Shown: positions 13,446 through 27,862, counted from the first letter of the whole stretch. The stretch: DNA of 62,962 nucleotides, filler included, from Sluysia triapertura (GCA_046118255.1; 5 parts of 5 records of this genome joined end to end with filler, not necessarily neighbours in it); one strand, 5' to 3'. Program-made: numbers and translations. The notes: generated by a model not told the origin, from the sequence alone.

Positions 13446-14753
13446 AAATATTTTTGTCACAAGTAAAATCGAAATTTATTTACATTGAAATCAAAATTTA
13501 TTTACAGTTTAGACGTACATTAACTGAATTATGTGATAAGTGATTGTAGTAAGCTGTTACTATTGTTTAAAGTAATGGTGCAATTAAAGTGACGCCGAAG
13601 TTAACATAAGGTTATTGAAATTAAAATTGATTAATCTTGTAACAATGAGAATTAGATGTTGTATGTAGTAAATGATTTGGAATGAATGTATTTAAAATGT
13701 TCTAGGGTTGATATAAGCTAGTATTTGTTTTAAATGATAAGAATGGTAATAGAATTGTGACGCATTGAGGTTATTGATATTTTGTATTGTTTATATGGGA
13801 AAGTTAAAATTGTAAGTTAAGGAGTGAACCACTACTATTTAAGAGCACTAAGAAAGTAAAATTATTAACGCAAATAGACGTAAATTAATTATTCTTCATA
13901 TAACTTAAGTTCTAAAATAAAGAATAAAATACTTTTTTTTACATTTAAATGTTATGGAAACTTCCTTTGAAATTAAACTAAATAACAATTTTTATTTTAT
14001 TAATTATATTTAATTCATAAGAAATAACTTTTCACTTTCGAAATCTTCTGATATGTTATTCCAACGTAAACCTTTTTTGTTGGCGATACCCTTGCAACAC
14101 TTAACGAGACTTATGGACTAGATTAGATATTTAATTTTTGTTTACGCCAACTCATGTTTATGTTAAGTCTCATATTCTTAACCCATTTGCAAAAATAATG
14201 AAAATAATAATAATATTAATAATTAAAAATAATTTTTGTAATAAAAATATTAATATTATCTAAACTTTTAAGCCTACACGTTTTTATAATTATCATAAAA
14301 TGGAGTAATATCGTATATCACGCTATTAAATTAAAGTATTGTCATAAAAATAAAGCAAACATTTTCAATTTCAAGTGATTTTTGCGATCAAATATTATAG
14401 TGTAATGAAATTAATATGAAACTATTCTTAATGTATTTAAATACCTCGTTATATTCGAATGAATGACTATATACCCACAATAATTCAATTGACCAAAAAA
14501 GCCTAAAACCTTTTACAATCGCATAAATTACGCTTTTGGTTATTTATAAAAAACAATAACTATAATAAACATGAGTCTTTGACCAAACAATGTCTAAATC
14601 TTAAGGTGGGAAATACTAAGGTGATTCAACTCCTTACTTTGTATAAAATTTAAACTTTTTTGCCCTACGATACATAACATATTCAGTAATAAAAGAAATT
14701 TGTATTAAAACTTAAACCTGCAAAGGAGTAATTGTAATTTATTATGATTTCAG

Positions 14754-15328
14754 TATGGACGGCTTCTCGAATCTGTATTTTTTTCATCAGAAGCTTCAAA
14801 TAATACAGATTTAAATTCAAGATTAGCATTATTATTTACAGAAACATTTCTACCTGTTAATTTAACTGGTCAAATTATCTCGCCAGAATCACCGGAAACG
14901 AAAACATTTCACCAAAGTAATAATAACCAGTCTAAAATTTATACATCAAACAAACAAACAATTAAAAAAGAGTAAATTTTGATTAAAATAAAAATTTAAT
15001 TTACTAAATAGAATATCACAAATGATGTCTAAAAAGAAAAAACTGGTCAAAAATACAGAATTCAAGAAAACTCATTATACTGAAGAAAGTGAAACTAAAT
15101 TAAAGTCAATTAGACAGTATTACGTTAGTTTACGTATTAAAATTGCCTTGCTTTTTATTTAAACTAAGTTGTTTTTACTTAATCAAATTTATTTTTAATT
15201 ATGTTTTTTTTCAGTGGGACAATGAATATGCTGAAGTAGAAAAGAAAATCGATCAAATTATATTTCATGATCAAAATGAAGATAAAGAACAAAATTCAAA
15301 TAAGCAAGAATCAAATAAAAATGATTAA
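14754..15328 (+). CDS. Orphan spliced gene, 3' three exons (start unresolved)
   Basis: Exons 14754-14971, 15012-15123 and 15215-15328 join in frame through GT-AG introns of 40 and 91 nt: ...YGRLLESVFF...EISQMMSKKKKLVK...RQYYWDNEYAEVEKKIDQII...NKND*. Confidence 0.6.
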
Positions 15329-15932
15329 ATATATTATTGTTTTTCATCATTATAAATAGAAATGACACTTCACTTGAAATATTTATCAAATTCACATATT
15401 AAATGGATAATTTACATTAGGGCAATTTCTTTAAATTGTTTCTTTAAATTTTGCTAACTCTATAAAATTAAAAATTAAAAAAATCTCACAATGATATTTG
15501 TATATTTCACTAAAATTAGACCAACATATAATAAAAAATTAGAATTATATTACACACACTTAAAAAAATTAAATTATAAAGGTAATTGCTATATATAATA
15601 ATTAGATATATAATATTATATTCAAGCATTTTTAGTTTCACTTTCAATCTAATAAATAACTATATATTGCTTCAAGGTTATATATCTAAATTATTAAAAC
15701 AATTTTATAAAAATTATATTATAATTGTTTTTAATTTAAATTAATTGAAAAAATAAATAAAAACTCGAAAATATACAAAATAATTATTTTGCGTAAATAT
15801 TGAAATAAATTTAAGGATTGTTATTTATCGACCAATAGAAATGCATATTAAATATTAAAATTACAAGCGCTGTTTAACTTGTTACTCTATAGTTAATGTT
15901 TTCATGTAAATAATATCTGTTTTTTCTGTTAT

Positions 15933-16688
15933 ATGGGTAAATTAATACTTACGATTTTAACTTATTTTGAAGAAAATCAGTTGCTACTAGAAGAAAGTGA
16001 CGGAACCAATATTCTATCTACAGCAATACCAATGAAAAATTTATTGAGGAAAGACGTATCTATAACAAAAATATCTTCCGACCTGGATAGTTCCATAATA
16101 TCAGATAATAATCTATTTAATGTTAAAAAACAAAATCATTCTTTAAAATTAAGAAAAAATCCAGGTTTATTAATAACACCTCAACAAAAAGCTCATAAGT
16201 TAGGTGTTTGTTATCGTTATCATGTTTTTATTATTTATCATTCATCTGATCGTGTTTGGGTAATGGGTTTAATGAAAAAATTGGAATCACCGCCTCTGGA
16301 ATATAAATGCTGTATTGATAATCGCGATTTTTCTAATTCCATTTCAGAAGTACAAAACATTGTTTGTTGTGCAATGTTAAGTGAACGGATATTGTTAATA
16401 TTATCTGATAATTTTTTGTTAAATAATTGGTCCTATTATGAAGATATTTTCGGCAAAGTATACATGAATAATAATCAGTTAATTTGTAAACTAATTGGTA
16501 TATGGGTTGACAAACCGTCTTTGATTAGTAATACAAGTAAAGTACCATGTATAAAAGGAATCAATGTATTAAATTCTCGTGACGATAATTTTTGGCAGAT
16601 TTTGGAAATGAATTTACGCAGAGATCCAATTGAAATGTACGGTTCTAATAGTACACTGTGGTCATTAGTATCACAAACTACACGTTAG
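15933..16688 (+). CDS. TIR-domain protein (no TM, LRR or death domain visible)
   Basis: YHVFIIYHSSDRVWV (box 1), KLE...CIDNRDF (box 2), SERILLILSDNFLLNNWSYYE. Probable 36-nt in-frame intron 15937-15972; a possible donor at 16684 means the gene may continue. Confidence 0.85.
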   Translation: MGKLILTILTYFEENQLLLEESDGTNILSTAIPMKNLLRKDVSITKISSDLDSSIISDNNLFNVKKQNHSLKLRKNPGLLITPQQKAHKLGVCYRYHVFIIYHSSDRVWVMGLMKKLESPPLEYKCCIDNRDFSNSISEVQNIVCCAMLSERILLILSDNFLLNNWSYYEDIFGKVYMNNNQLICKLIGIWVDKPSLISNTSKVPCIKGINVLNSRDDNFWQILEMNLRRDPIEMYGSNSTLWSLVSQTTR

Positions 16689-19600
16689 TTAAATAAAAAA
16701 ATAATTTTTAGTGATTTACTTCATTTTTATTAATAATAATTAACTAAGTTTATTCAGTATTTCATTAAAATTATTTTTCCATTAAGTTAATCTTGTTTTT
16801 GATATTTCAAATCACAATAATAATTTTCTCAACACATGGATTGAATATCGTTGAGCTATCGATTGAACACTACTTTCGCAAAATCTATCCTCTCTGACTT
16901 TCCTTTTGGGATAGGCTTTTTTGTTTTGTTAATTTGATAAAACGATTTAGTTATCAGGAAATTGATGATGACAATAACCTTTATGCATATAACCTTTTGC
17001 TAATACAAAAGTACATTTATTAATTAATTTAATTAAAAAATTGTTTGCTTTAATAATTTTATGAAAATATCTGTACATGAGAAAATAATATATATGAACT
17101 AAAGTATAATGTTGGAACTCTTAGTATTATTGATATTTAGATTTGGCGAAGATAACGTAAAAATTATTTATTTACTACCCTACCTCATTTTTCAAGCACA
17201 TTCTACGTAAACCCACACTCAGGTTGGAAGCTAAGAAAGACCGCCTAAGAAAGGAGCGCCAGGTAAAAAAAAGTTTTTAGTAAGTCTAAAATTTTATAAA
17301 TTAATTCACTTCATGAACTTTAAAATACACGGAAAATCTTATTTAATGAGGGCTACAATCTTTTTAAAATTTGAATTCAGTTTGATTCAAGATTCACCAG
17401 AATTTTAGTCATAAATTAATTATTTCATCGTTAAAGTTAACGATATATGTTATTAATTCTTGCTGAGCTATAATGATTAATATTTTATTTAATTAGATCT
17501 TCAAAAGAATTAGTTTTTAATTCACAGAAGTTTAAGACAGAATTTATTAAAGAAAGTTTGATAAAATTGTTGGTGTTTTTTTATGTATTTCAACTCAAAC
17601 ATTTATAAAAATTTATTTAGGGTACAATTACAATTACATGATTTTATACTTACAAAAATGCCTCTGTGAAAAGTTTCCCTAAATCTTATTGCAGAATGAG
17701 AAATAATCAGAACATACCTTTGTTATGAGGGTCTTTAAACTCTTAAAAATTTATTAACAATTTTTTGACTTGGTCTTAATTATTTACCTTTATTTCACAA
17801 TTAACGTAATTTTTCCGTCTTTGTTTCTTTTTAACAACTTAATTTTATATAGCTAATTCGAATACTATTTCTTTACTTATTTTAATTATTAGTTTTAAAA
17901 TCTTTCGTTCAAACTACTATTCGAAGGTTCTTTATTGATTAATAACAAAACAAATAACGTAATTTTTATTACAAAACAAGAATGATAAATAACGATTGAC
18001 AAATATATAGAAATTGTAACAAAACCAAGTTTTCAAGTCAAAGTTATAATAAAACAAATGTATATATTAAAAATAAAGGAAATTTTCCTAAATTTAATTA
18101 GTATTTTAATTAAAATTAAATTAAACCAGATGAATACTTGATTTGTGAAACAGTATTAAATTTTAAGTAATAAATTAATTGCTGCTGTTTTAACGCAAAA
18201 GAAACCTAACTAGCAAAATATTTTCTGAAAGTTAGTTCGACTAATTAGGTACGCTTTAAATCTGAGCGAAGACGTCCTAATTAGATTTGCCAACAAAAGA
18301 AAATTAATTTAGATACTCAGGTATGCTATTCAGAAAATACTGTTAAAAATATCTAATGTTGTGTTTAAGTGAGTTGTAATTTAAGTCAGCCTTTATACGG
18401 TCTGACAATTAGTTCTTAGATTTTAAATGTTGAACCAGCCTTTTATAGTCTGGCCAAATATGGATGATTAAAATTAAAAAAAATTAGATAAATGGTAATT
18501 TTATTTATATACAATATACAGCAACAAGTAAAACAGTATTACAAAAATAATTTGTTATAATATCAATAAATATTTTACTAACTTCAGCCTAGTGTTTAGC
18601 TGTAAAAAATTTCGATTTTATAGAGATTTTAAGCTAGCCAGTTACGATCTAGGATCAACAAAAATGATTTTAAACCCTATTCTTTTAAAATTAGGGTTTA
18701 ATATAAACTTTAAAAAATATAATTACTTCTGCATGGATACAATTTCGGGCTCGTGGATTATTTTCTAAAATTAAACTCCTCTTGTTTATAACAAGTTAGC
18801 TCATACAAGATTTTTAGGATGTAACATGTTCAGAACTAAAAATTACCATCATTTTACAATTATTTTTCACATTATTTTTAAGAATTAAAAAGGAACTTTA
18901 TAAAAATATAACTAAAAATTTGTTACACTTTTTCATTAATTTATAATTAGAATAATGAATTTGGACATTGAAAATCATATTCTTTTTTGTTAATTTTCGT
19001 CACTGAAGATTATACTTCTCAAGATTTAATTCATTGGTTCTATAAATTACATTAGCTTTTAAGCGATTAATATCCACTGAATTTTATTTATAATACTTTT
19101 TAAAGGTCACTGTAAATGTGTCTGTAAAATATAAGAAAAAGCAATCGACTTTATCTTGAGTTGATACTTGCAGATGCAACTAATTAAACATTGTTGCATA
19201 AAATATTAGTTCGTTTTTTCTAGTTATTTGCTATTCTTAAATATATCAACCTATTATTAAATAACAGCGCACATTTTCAAGACTATTTTAAATAAATCCA
19301 TAAAATAAGGGAAAATAAATAATCCATCCTATTGGTGTTTTCAAGAGTCATTTTAAAGAGAGCCATAAAATCACTTTTTCGAGGTCCTATTTTAAATAAG
19401 GACTTAAAAAAATAAGTAGATAGTTAAAAAAATTTTAATTTCAAAGTTACTTATTTTTAAAAATATCATTGGTTTAAATCTAGTATAAATCTAATCTAAC
19501 ATACTAGTTTATACTTAATTTTAGAACACCGTTTCATTTTTCAAATATTGGTAGTTAAATATTTTATCAGTGCCTGGATATCGGCCATATTGAAATTTAT

Positions 19601-20244
19601 TAATTTAACTCAAATTATTTAAAGTTAGTAAGTTTTTATTGTAATAAGGCCATTTTATTCTTCGGAACTAAAACTTAGATTGGATTTAAAACCCAATTCA
19701 ATGAAGGTTAAACTCTTAATTCAAATCAATTTACAAGAAAATTAAAATCCCAATCGGCTTTAGTTTTAGTATATTTTATTACATAAAAATTCTACTTCTT
19801 GATTTATATTACATTTGATTTCGTGTGACAATATTGTATTGTATTATTTGTGTAGATTGAAATTACAATTGTTTATCTAATTTTATTTATATTATTTATT
19901 ATTGTGGATAATTAACGTAAATTAATAGGATAATTGAATTGTTTTTATTAATGTAAAACATTGTTAAATGGTAAAGATTTGTACTTAGAATATTTAAATA
20001 AACCAGATCATCTAATCTAAAACACAATGTGTTAAGTAAAAAAATAGATCCTCTTCATAGACTTACTATTAGAATAGATATAGAGAAAATTAAAATTGAT
20101 AAAACAGTAGGAATAGTAGGCTAATTTACATATTAACAATTTTTTCAAACGTCGTAAATCTTACCCTGTAAACGAACTTTGTAGATTAACCTTATAACAT
20201 TAATACAGTCTTACAGATAATACACTTAAATATAGTTAATACAT

Positions 20245-20252
20245 TAATAATG

Positions 20253-20313
<61 letters not shown>
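20245..20313. repeat. (AAT)n microsatellite
   Basis: Direct observation; it is the source of the poly-Tyr ORF on the minus strand. Confidence 0.95.
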
Positions 20314-20314
<1 letters not shown>

Positions 20315-20329
20315 TCGATTGCTTAACTG

Positions 20330-20926
20330 TCATAGATAAGATATGAAATAATAAAATTAGACAATCAGATGTGATTACAAATTTACGATACAAGCGAGAT
20401 GATTTCGCCTTTAATTTCATCACAAAGTTACTGGAATCGTGAACCAAGAATTTTGCACCAAAAATAGCACCACGATCTTATAGAAAAATAAAGAAAGAAA
20501 ATTGTTTTAGAAATAAATTAAAATACACAGTATCACACATTGCAGAAGAGTTTTGAAACAAATGTTAGTAAATGAATAAAGAAGAGCGTTTTAATCTAGG
20601 TGAGAACAGAATTAGAAAATAATGAAAAAGACTTGAGATGTTTCATACAATCTCTTATTTCCGTTGAACAAGATTTAGGAACATTTTACATTTTGAATGA
20701 CAAGTTCCGTTTTCAAAATCAAACATTTAAAGCTGAAGGTATAGATGTTTCTTTTTAAATGATTCCACCCAATTATTTACAGGTGTTATAAGAGTAAAGA
20801 AGTGGAAATATATTTAGAAAAATTGAACTAAATAATAAATAAGTTGGAAAGACAAATTGGAGATTTAGATAAAAGAATTGATAATTTAGAAGAACAATTA
20901 GAATCAAAAAGAAATCGATTGCAATA
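20330..20926 (+). pseudogene. Decayed coiled-coil protein fragment
   Basis: KEVEIYLEKLN*IINKLERQIGDLDKRIDNLEEQLESKRNRLQ* shows a heptad pattern; a short GT-AG intron-like segment lies at ~20739-20782; several stops. Confidence 0.35.
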
Positions 20927-22299
20927 AATTATTGATTCATATTCAAATATTTACATATATTATGTTACCTAATATTTTAAGTAAGTAAATCATCCATTTA
21001 AATATCAACTCAACTTTATTTTACCACAACGTATTAAGTGGCTAAAATAAAGTGATACATATTGGCTACTAAATTTACTTATAGTTATTCAGACATTGTT
21101 GTCCAAACTCTTAATTCAAGAATCTTATAAAGTTATTCAGACATTAATTCAAAAGTATTATAAAGTTATTAAGTCATTAATTGAAAATATTTCAAAGTTT
21201 GTAATAATAAAATTAGATTTGAAACATGAATCAAAAATTAATTCCTAGTTTAATGAATTTTCATATTAGAGATATTTACTTAACTATACTAATGTTCTAC
21301 ATTTCAATTCTGCGATCTCAATCTAAAAGAATATATTATATGTGCAAGACTTGCTTCATATCAAAATTATACAGTCTCAATTAAAATGATACAAGTCCCG
21401 CAATCCATGTTTTCTTTGTGGAATCTTTTATACAACACCCAACACTGTACTATATTCAAAATCAATTTGATATTAGTTCAAGTGGACGCTCAACCATTAA
21501 AACTATTAAATTTAGATTTTTTTCTATTATTGTTTTTGTTCAATTAATTGCAAATATGAAATTTGATATACATATAAATACTCTTCGTATTATTTTATTC
21601 TCCCAAATATTATAAATCGCATAAATTTTTATAATTTAAAATTAAACGATATAAATTTGAAATTAATATTGATAATAGAATTAGAACGTAAATATCGTTT
21701 GATAAACTTAATTAATACATCTCTTTCAAATAATCCAATAACCAAATTAATTTCATTACTTAATGAATCAATAATCTCTCTAAATAAACTACTTTTCCCA
21801 AGAGTAAATGAACACGATGGTCACAATGAAGATATTACCCAAGTAAAAAATGGATAAGAACGAGGGTATTTTACTATTTTTGATGCTGTTGTGATTATCG
21901 TGATCATTAATTTTAATGAGTAGTTATGTCGGTTGATAGGGTTTGTCGTATTAGAAATGATGATAGGTTTAATAGGATTTGTGTTATTTTTGAAATCTTT
22001 AGTTTTGATGTAAAATATAGTTTCTGTAGTGGGATATTTTACATTTTGATAGATGTTGTGGCTTCTATTTGTCTTTGGAAATAATGTTATTTATGTTTTG
22101 TATAATGCAATTTTTGTAAAATTTTCCAATGAATGAGTTTTTGTTTTATTGAAGTCATAGTGTAGCAAAACTGTAATTTGTTCATGTTTGAATATGTTTC
22201 GAAAGTATGGAGTTTAAGATTGCATCTATTGGTTTTTATATCAAATAAGTTTAAAGATAGTCTTATGCAGTTAATATAATAACGTACAACACCAAGTTT

Positions 22300-23900
22300 T
22301 ATGTTGCCAAACTTACTCTTCCATCTTAATTTGACATAAGTATCTTTTATTCATTTTGAACTAATGCTATACTTATTGTACAATATATATTTTATATCTT
22401 ATACTATTTTCTTTGGTAAACAAACTTCTTTATGAATGATAAAATTCAATAAAGCCCATTAAATTCTATACAAAATTTAAATTTATAAACTATTATGAAA
22501 AGGATGAACTTCCCAGTAAAATAAATAAAACTGGAAGAATTTACATACACAATGTGTATCAAATTGAATAAACCATAAAAAGACGCACTTATGAGAATCG
22601 AATTTAATGGTCAAAAATCTAACATAGTCACGATTTTCCGAAGATTGTGTCGTGTTGAAACGGCAAATTTATCTTCTCCTTGGCCACCAATAGCGTTTGC
22701 ATGACTTGATATACCATCGCTCTTTATACTATGTTATTCTATAATGTTTGTTCCTCCTAATTTGAATCATCAAAACATTGCTGTCATTATATCTCTACTC
22801 ATCAATTAACTCTTCGGTGATATTTAATTTTTCAAAATCAGATGAGATAGTCGTTTCAAAGATATAAAAATTCCTGGCTGACATTTATTTGTATTTGCGT
22901 CATTCATGTTCTATAATTTAATCTATACCAACTTTTAATTTTCTACTAACTCTCTTTAATTTGTGTGTTTATTTCGTATCCATTTTGTTTATTATTGCAC
23001 TAGTTTTATTGGCTGTTTTTTAATGGTTAGTTAATCATGTTTCAGATTTAACCAATTGCAGGTGAAAACGATAGACATGCAATTGGCTTTTCAGCCAAGT
23101 TTGCATTTAATATATATCTTCTAAATGTTCTGATGAATCCAGAGGTGACCTTTTTTCTTCATAAATGTTGCTTATGCTTTACATTATGATATTCAAATAA
23201 ACAAGGTGCTGATAAATTCATCCCAATAATTTTAATGGTCATTAGTATACAAAGGTAACATTTATTAAATCTTTCAACCAAATCATCACATTCTGGATAA
23301 TAATCCGGCATTTTTATATTATTATAAGATACAAACTTGTCATTGTTTTTTTGGCGAGCCGTATCCAAAAACGATTTCTTCTACAAAAAATTATCGCTGA
23401 TCTTTGATCCGTAACATCATTTGCTTCAGATCATTTTGTAAAATCATCCTTTTAATGTAATGGATCGACAACATCCATGGAATTTATCTCTATTGGTCAG
23501 GCTGTAGCATTAATAAGATGCAGGTAGTTTTAGTATTTAGTTTTTCTGCCTTTTCAACTCAAAAAACTTCACAATTACCACATCACTTTTAACATCCTTT
23601 TCATATTTTCGTAAAAAATAAATGTATTCCTATAATTCTTCATCATGATACTCGTGTAAAATTTCTGACAAAAATATACAAAATTTTAAAATATCATGTT
23701 GTATAACATAGTCGATACTTTATTTTTAATTTTTAAAATAATTCGTTCTTTTCCTTTATCATATTTATCTTCATTTTTCTATAATTCATTCGCTAATGTA
23801 TTTTTTGTCAAAAACGATTACTTCTCATTTAGTTTAGATGAAAAATTAATATTTGCATTTGACTTTCCTTGTCTATATTTTATTCCTGATTAATCTACAA
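22300..23900 (-). pseudogene. Long decayed coding-like region, unassigned
   Basis: Raised GC and stop-interrupted reading frames including ORF 23368-23159; no confident family motif. Confidence 0.3.
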
Positions 23901-24645
23901 AAATGTATCTGAATGGAATCGGTAAATCATTCAATCACTCCTATACCATATGCATAAGTACAAAAACATAAAAGTAGCACTTAATGCATACGTCAACAAA
24001 CGACAAATAAAAATAAAGAGTTAGTATATGTATAAAAAGTAACTTATTTTTATTTTGCATACATACATGTAGTTATTCGTCACGTAAATAAATATATTAG
24101 ATTGTTTTATCTTATGATTTATAGTTATGTAAACTTATACAACATTCTTTTTTTATTTTTAGTAACTTAATAAATCACATACTTTTGCAAACGCATTACT
24201 CATTAATACATGTTAATTATACATTGTAATAATCAGTAATATCTGAAATATTATATTTTATTGATTTAATACTTCAATTATTTAATTTGGATTTTACTAA
24301 GATAATATTTATTCTTTTTAATATCGAAATGATAATGCATTACATAATTACATTCATGTTGCGAATGTTATATTGGTTCAGCTTTTGATGACGCAATTTT
24401 ACTGACTGCGTTCAAAATCCACAAATAAATAAATTAGTGCATTAACACTGTTTCTACCATGATATAATGTATACCTATTTATTTACCTGTTTGTACGTGT
24501 ATTTAGATATAGGATGAGCTGAAGGAAAATTATACTGCTAAATAAATTTAACAATTAATATACGAAAAGTCAAAACATGAATTGAGAAAAAATGGTTAAA
24601 CTTAGAAAATAATTTCAAATAAAAATGACACCTTTGGTAGAAATA

Positions 24646-24960
24646 TTTGGTTGGTGTATTAGTTCGTGCGTTTTTTACAATGATGAAAAATGCATATTGA
24701 TGAAGAATAAAAACCGTGCAAAAAATTCCAGATAGAAAAATGAATTTATTAAATCATTAGAAAAAACAAATATCCCACTCTCTCAATTGATGAGATATTC
24801 GTCGCCACAATCGATCACTTCCTTCCATCGTTCTGACAGTTTGTCAATCCCACGTTTGAAGAAGCTTGGTGATTTTTAGTCGAATAATTCTTCAATCCAT
24901 ATTGTTATTACTTCTTCGTTTTAAGATGGTTCGATGAAAAATCTGTTTTAATGGGGATAA
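24646..24960 (-). mobile_element. Mariner 3' end with terminal inverted repeat
   Basis: WIEELFD*KSPSFFKRGIDKLSERWKEVIDCGDEYL is a mariner C-terminus; TA followed by TTTGGTTGGTGTATTAGTTCGTGCG resembles a mariner ITR. Confidence 0.85.
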
Positions 24961-25034
24961 TGAAAGTGAAAGTTAGTCTAAAATGATTTAAATAGATAAT
25001 TCAGCTGAATGAATATAACTCAAATCAGTTAAAA

Positions 25035-25134
25035 NNNNNNNNNNNNNNNNNNNNNNNNNNNNNNNNNNNNNNNNNNNNTTAATTAATTAANNNNNNNNNN
25101 NNNNNNNNNNNNNNNNNNNNNNNNNNNNNNNNNN
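25035..25134. other. Artificial contig linker / gap
   Basis: N44-TTAATTAATTAA-N44. Confidence 0.98.
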
Positions 25135-25183
<49 letters not shown>

Positions 25184-25956
25184 GACGAAAAATTGTTTAA
25201 TCTCTGAATAGTGAAAATTAAATTAATAATGAAATTTAATGAAAATGTTTAGATACCTTTTATAAAATGTGTTTAATAAATAGAACGTTATTAAAATATA
25301 GAAATGAACAAAATCGATTAACCTGAGATCCATACTTAATAATTAAATTTGGTTTCTAAAATTAAATATACTTAGTAATTTAATTATGCTTATTTATAAA
25401 AATATTTGTTTCTAAAATGAGTAATTGAGTCAATCGCGGCTGTAATAAAAGAATAAACGGATGTGTCTAGTCTCAAACAGAAAACCGCCAGTACCTTGCA
25501 TGCCCAACTTGAATTTATCGAAGATATTCCTTTTTTCTGGATCTTACATATTTTTTCGAAGAGTATTAATAATAGTAAATGAATAAACAGCATGCCTCGG
25601 GTCATGTTTTCACTAATAAAATGACTATAGATGTGTGCGTGAAAGCCTTTATTTGTTCTAAAAGTGTGATTGCGTATATGGTGCTCTAGTGCACTGTAAA
25701 TGAGTAACATGAAGATTGTAACTTAAAGTACTTTACAAAAGTACGTACGTAAGATAGTGATTATGTTACTAAAAAAGAAATAAAGCAGATACTAAAAATA
25801 GACATGAAGATTTTATAATTTTACAATATGTTTGCAAGAGAAAACAATTCTTCAAACTAATCTTTATTGCATACGGACCTCAGACATTACAAAAAAACAA
25901 TTTAAAATACTATTTTTATTGCAACTATTGTTATTATCATCATTATATTTTTAATA

Positions 25957-26190
25957 TTAAAATGAAGTAGAACAAACTTCATATGATGATGTCTGAAAGA
26001 AATATTTTATTTTTTCTGAATAATTTTATTAAATTAGTATTTATTATTTTTATTATTAGCATTATTATTTGTATTAGTAATAGTAATAGTATTTACGTAC
26101 GATGATTTGTCATAAGAATATAAATTTAATGTTAAACTTTTAACGAATCAAACTTACGGTTTCTCCACTTGAACGCCTACGATGAAATTC
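25957..26190 (-). other. Two-exon 3' gene tail, copy A
   Basis: AG|33 nt (EFHRRRSSGET)|GTAAGT at 26190-26158, then CAG|TSSYEVCSTSF* at 25992-25957. Homologous to 32245-32511. Confidence 0.5.
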
Positions 26191-26416
26191 CTATTAAAAT
26201 TAAATTTGTTATTAAATAAATCATAAGTTAAACTTTGATAAATTTGCATAATATTTGATATTATTAATTTAAAATTGAAATTATTATTCTTCCTCCACTT
26301 CTATGATTTGTAAAGTGTTTGAAAAACTAACACTCAATAAAGTACAATAAATAAATGCTTTTGTACTTGGATAAATCAAGATATCCCACTGAAATATCAA
26401 TCGGAAGTTGTATTAA

Positions 26417-27061
26417 TGTTAGGTTGTCAACACAACCCTACGAAATAACTTTAAAATGCCATAATGACACTTTAACATTATTTAAAACTATCAAAAAATT
26501 AATTGAAATCATGTAAAACGCTTTAAAACCATTTATTAATATTTAACATTACTTAAAAACAATTATTTTCCAAAATAGAAATTTATTTTCCACAAAAGAA
26601 ACTTAAATTCTAAAAATAGAATAGAATTTCCATTTATATATTTTTACGGGTGATTTTAACTTTCGAAGCTAAAATCATAAAATACCAGCAAATTTCATAT
26701 TAATTTATAAAGTTTTTTAAGTCCCAGATTTATTGAAGGGTTAAATCTACTCAAACTATACATATTTAAAAATAATTATTTTTGCCTTCTTAATCTACTA
26801 TCTTAATTGATTAAAATTTTTGTATTTTTGAATAAAAGAATCAGTACTTTTGTGTTGTTTAATTATTTAATTAATACTATTAAGCGATTATAAGACCATC
26901 TACAATTAATTTGTTAGCTAGAGATATTACTTTTTAGGTAACCCTTTAACTTATTAGTTACATATGCGCCAACGATACGATGTAAGACATTTACTGTAAC
27001 CAGACCCTGCTCAAAAATATTTTGCTTAAGTGTTAGGTTAAGTGCTAGAAAAAGCATAGCA
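26417..27061 (+). mobile_element. Solo LTR related to the LTR at 52700
   Basis: TGTTA...AGCA ends and TTAA on both flanks (4-bp TSD). Shares GAAATTTATTTTC, TTCTAAAAATAGAATAGAA, CGCCAAC and ACCCTGCTCAA with 52700-53553. Confidence 0.8.
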
Positions 27062-27599
27062 TTAATAATATTTTTAGTTCTACATATCGTTAGTATCGTT
27101 ATTGGAAAAGCAAAGCTAACAATAATTTAATAATTTGTCAAATTTGTCTCATGTCAAATCAAAAAATCAAATATAAACCATTTTAAAATATTTGCATTTG
27201 ATAAAAAGATAATCAGATGAAAAAAATATCTGAATGAAATCTTATTTGAATTCAATATGCCCTGCCTTATGTTCACACTTGTTGTAGCGTTTATCATATA
27301 TATATATAACCTGAGGTTCATATACAGCAGTTACAGTTTTCTAAAATTAAATATAATTATTGATAAAATTATATTTATGCATAAATTTAACCCTACTGTG
27401 CGCATTGATGCAACTATACACAGCATAAACATTATACAACATTAACATCTGTATTACAATAAAATAACAGCAGCATTGAAGATAATTATTTTACACTTGT
27501 CATTAATATTTTTTGCAATGCAGTGCTGCTTCTGTTTGTTCCGATTTGCAAAATAAGTTTATGTTTTATTCAATAAAATGATTCTAATTTTATATTTAA

Positions 27600-27862
27600 C
27601 CCCTTCCTTGTTTATTTATTTTTCAAGTGTACGGTCGAAAACTGGCTTTTTTTATTAGTGCAAATGCGAAGACAAAAAAACTGGACAAAGAGGGTAATAA
27701 AACATACAATGTAATTTTAAATAATAACAAAAGTAGTGTATGAAGATGTTTTCGTCGTTGTTTTATAAATATTATGAAGATTACACTTATTTTATCGTTT
27801 GCTTGTTTTGCTCTGGCCAGTTTTAGTTACCCCGTAAATATACGGAACAAACAGGGAACGGG
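27600..27862. mobile_element. piggyBac-type MITE
   Basis: TTAA on both flanks; TIRs CCCCTTCCTTGTTT / AAACAGGGAACGGG (12 of 14 match). Confidence 0.75.

Noticed and set aside
14754-16688. Joining the 14.7-15.3 kb exons to the TIR ORF as one gene
   Set aside because: The upstream gene ends in an in-frame TAA at 15328, and the TIR ORF has its own ATG.
20244-20447. Poly-tyrosine ORF
   Set aside because: Translation of an (AAT)n microsatellite.
22678-22689. Fourth TGGTGGCCAAGG motif on the minus strand
   Set aside because: Lies within a coding-like frame and is not immediately followed by the characteristic leader; may be chance.
25390-25710. 106-aa minus-strand ORF
   Set aside because: No recognisable motif or splice structure; cannot be supported.
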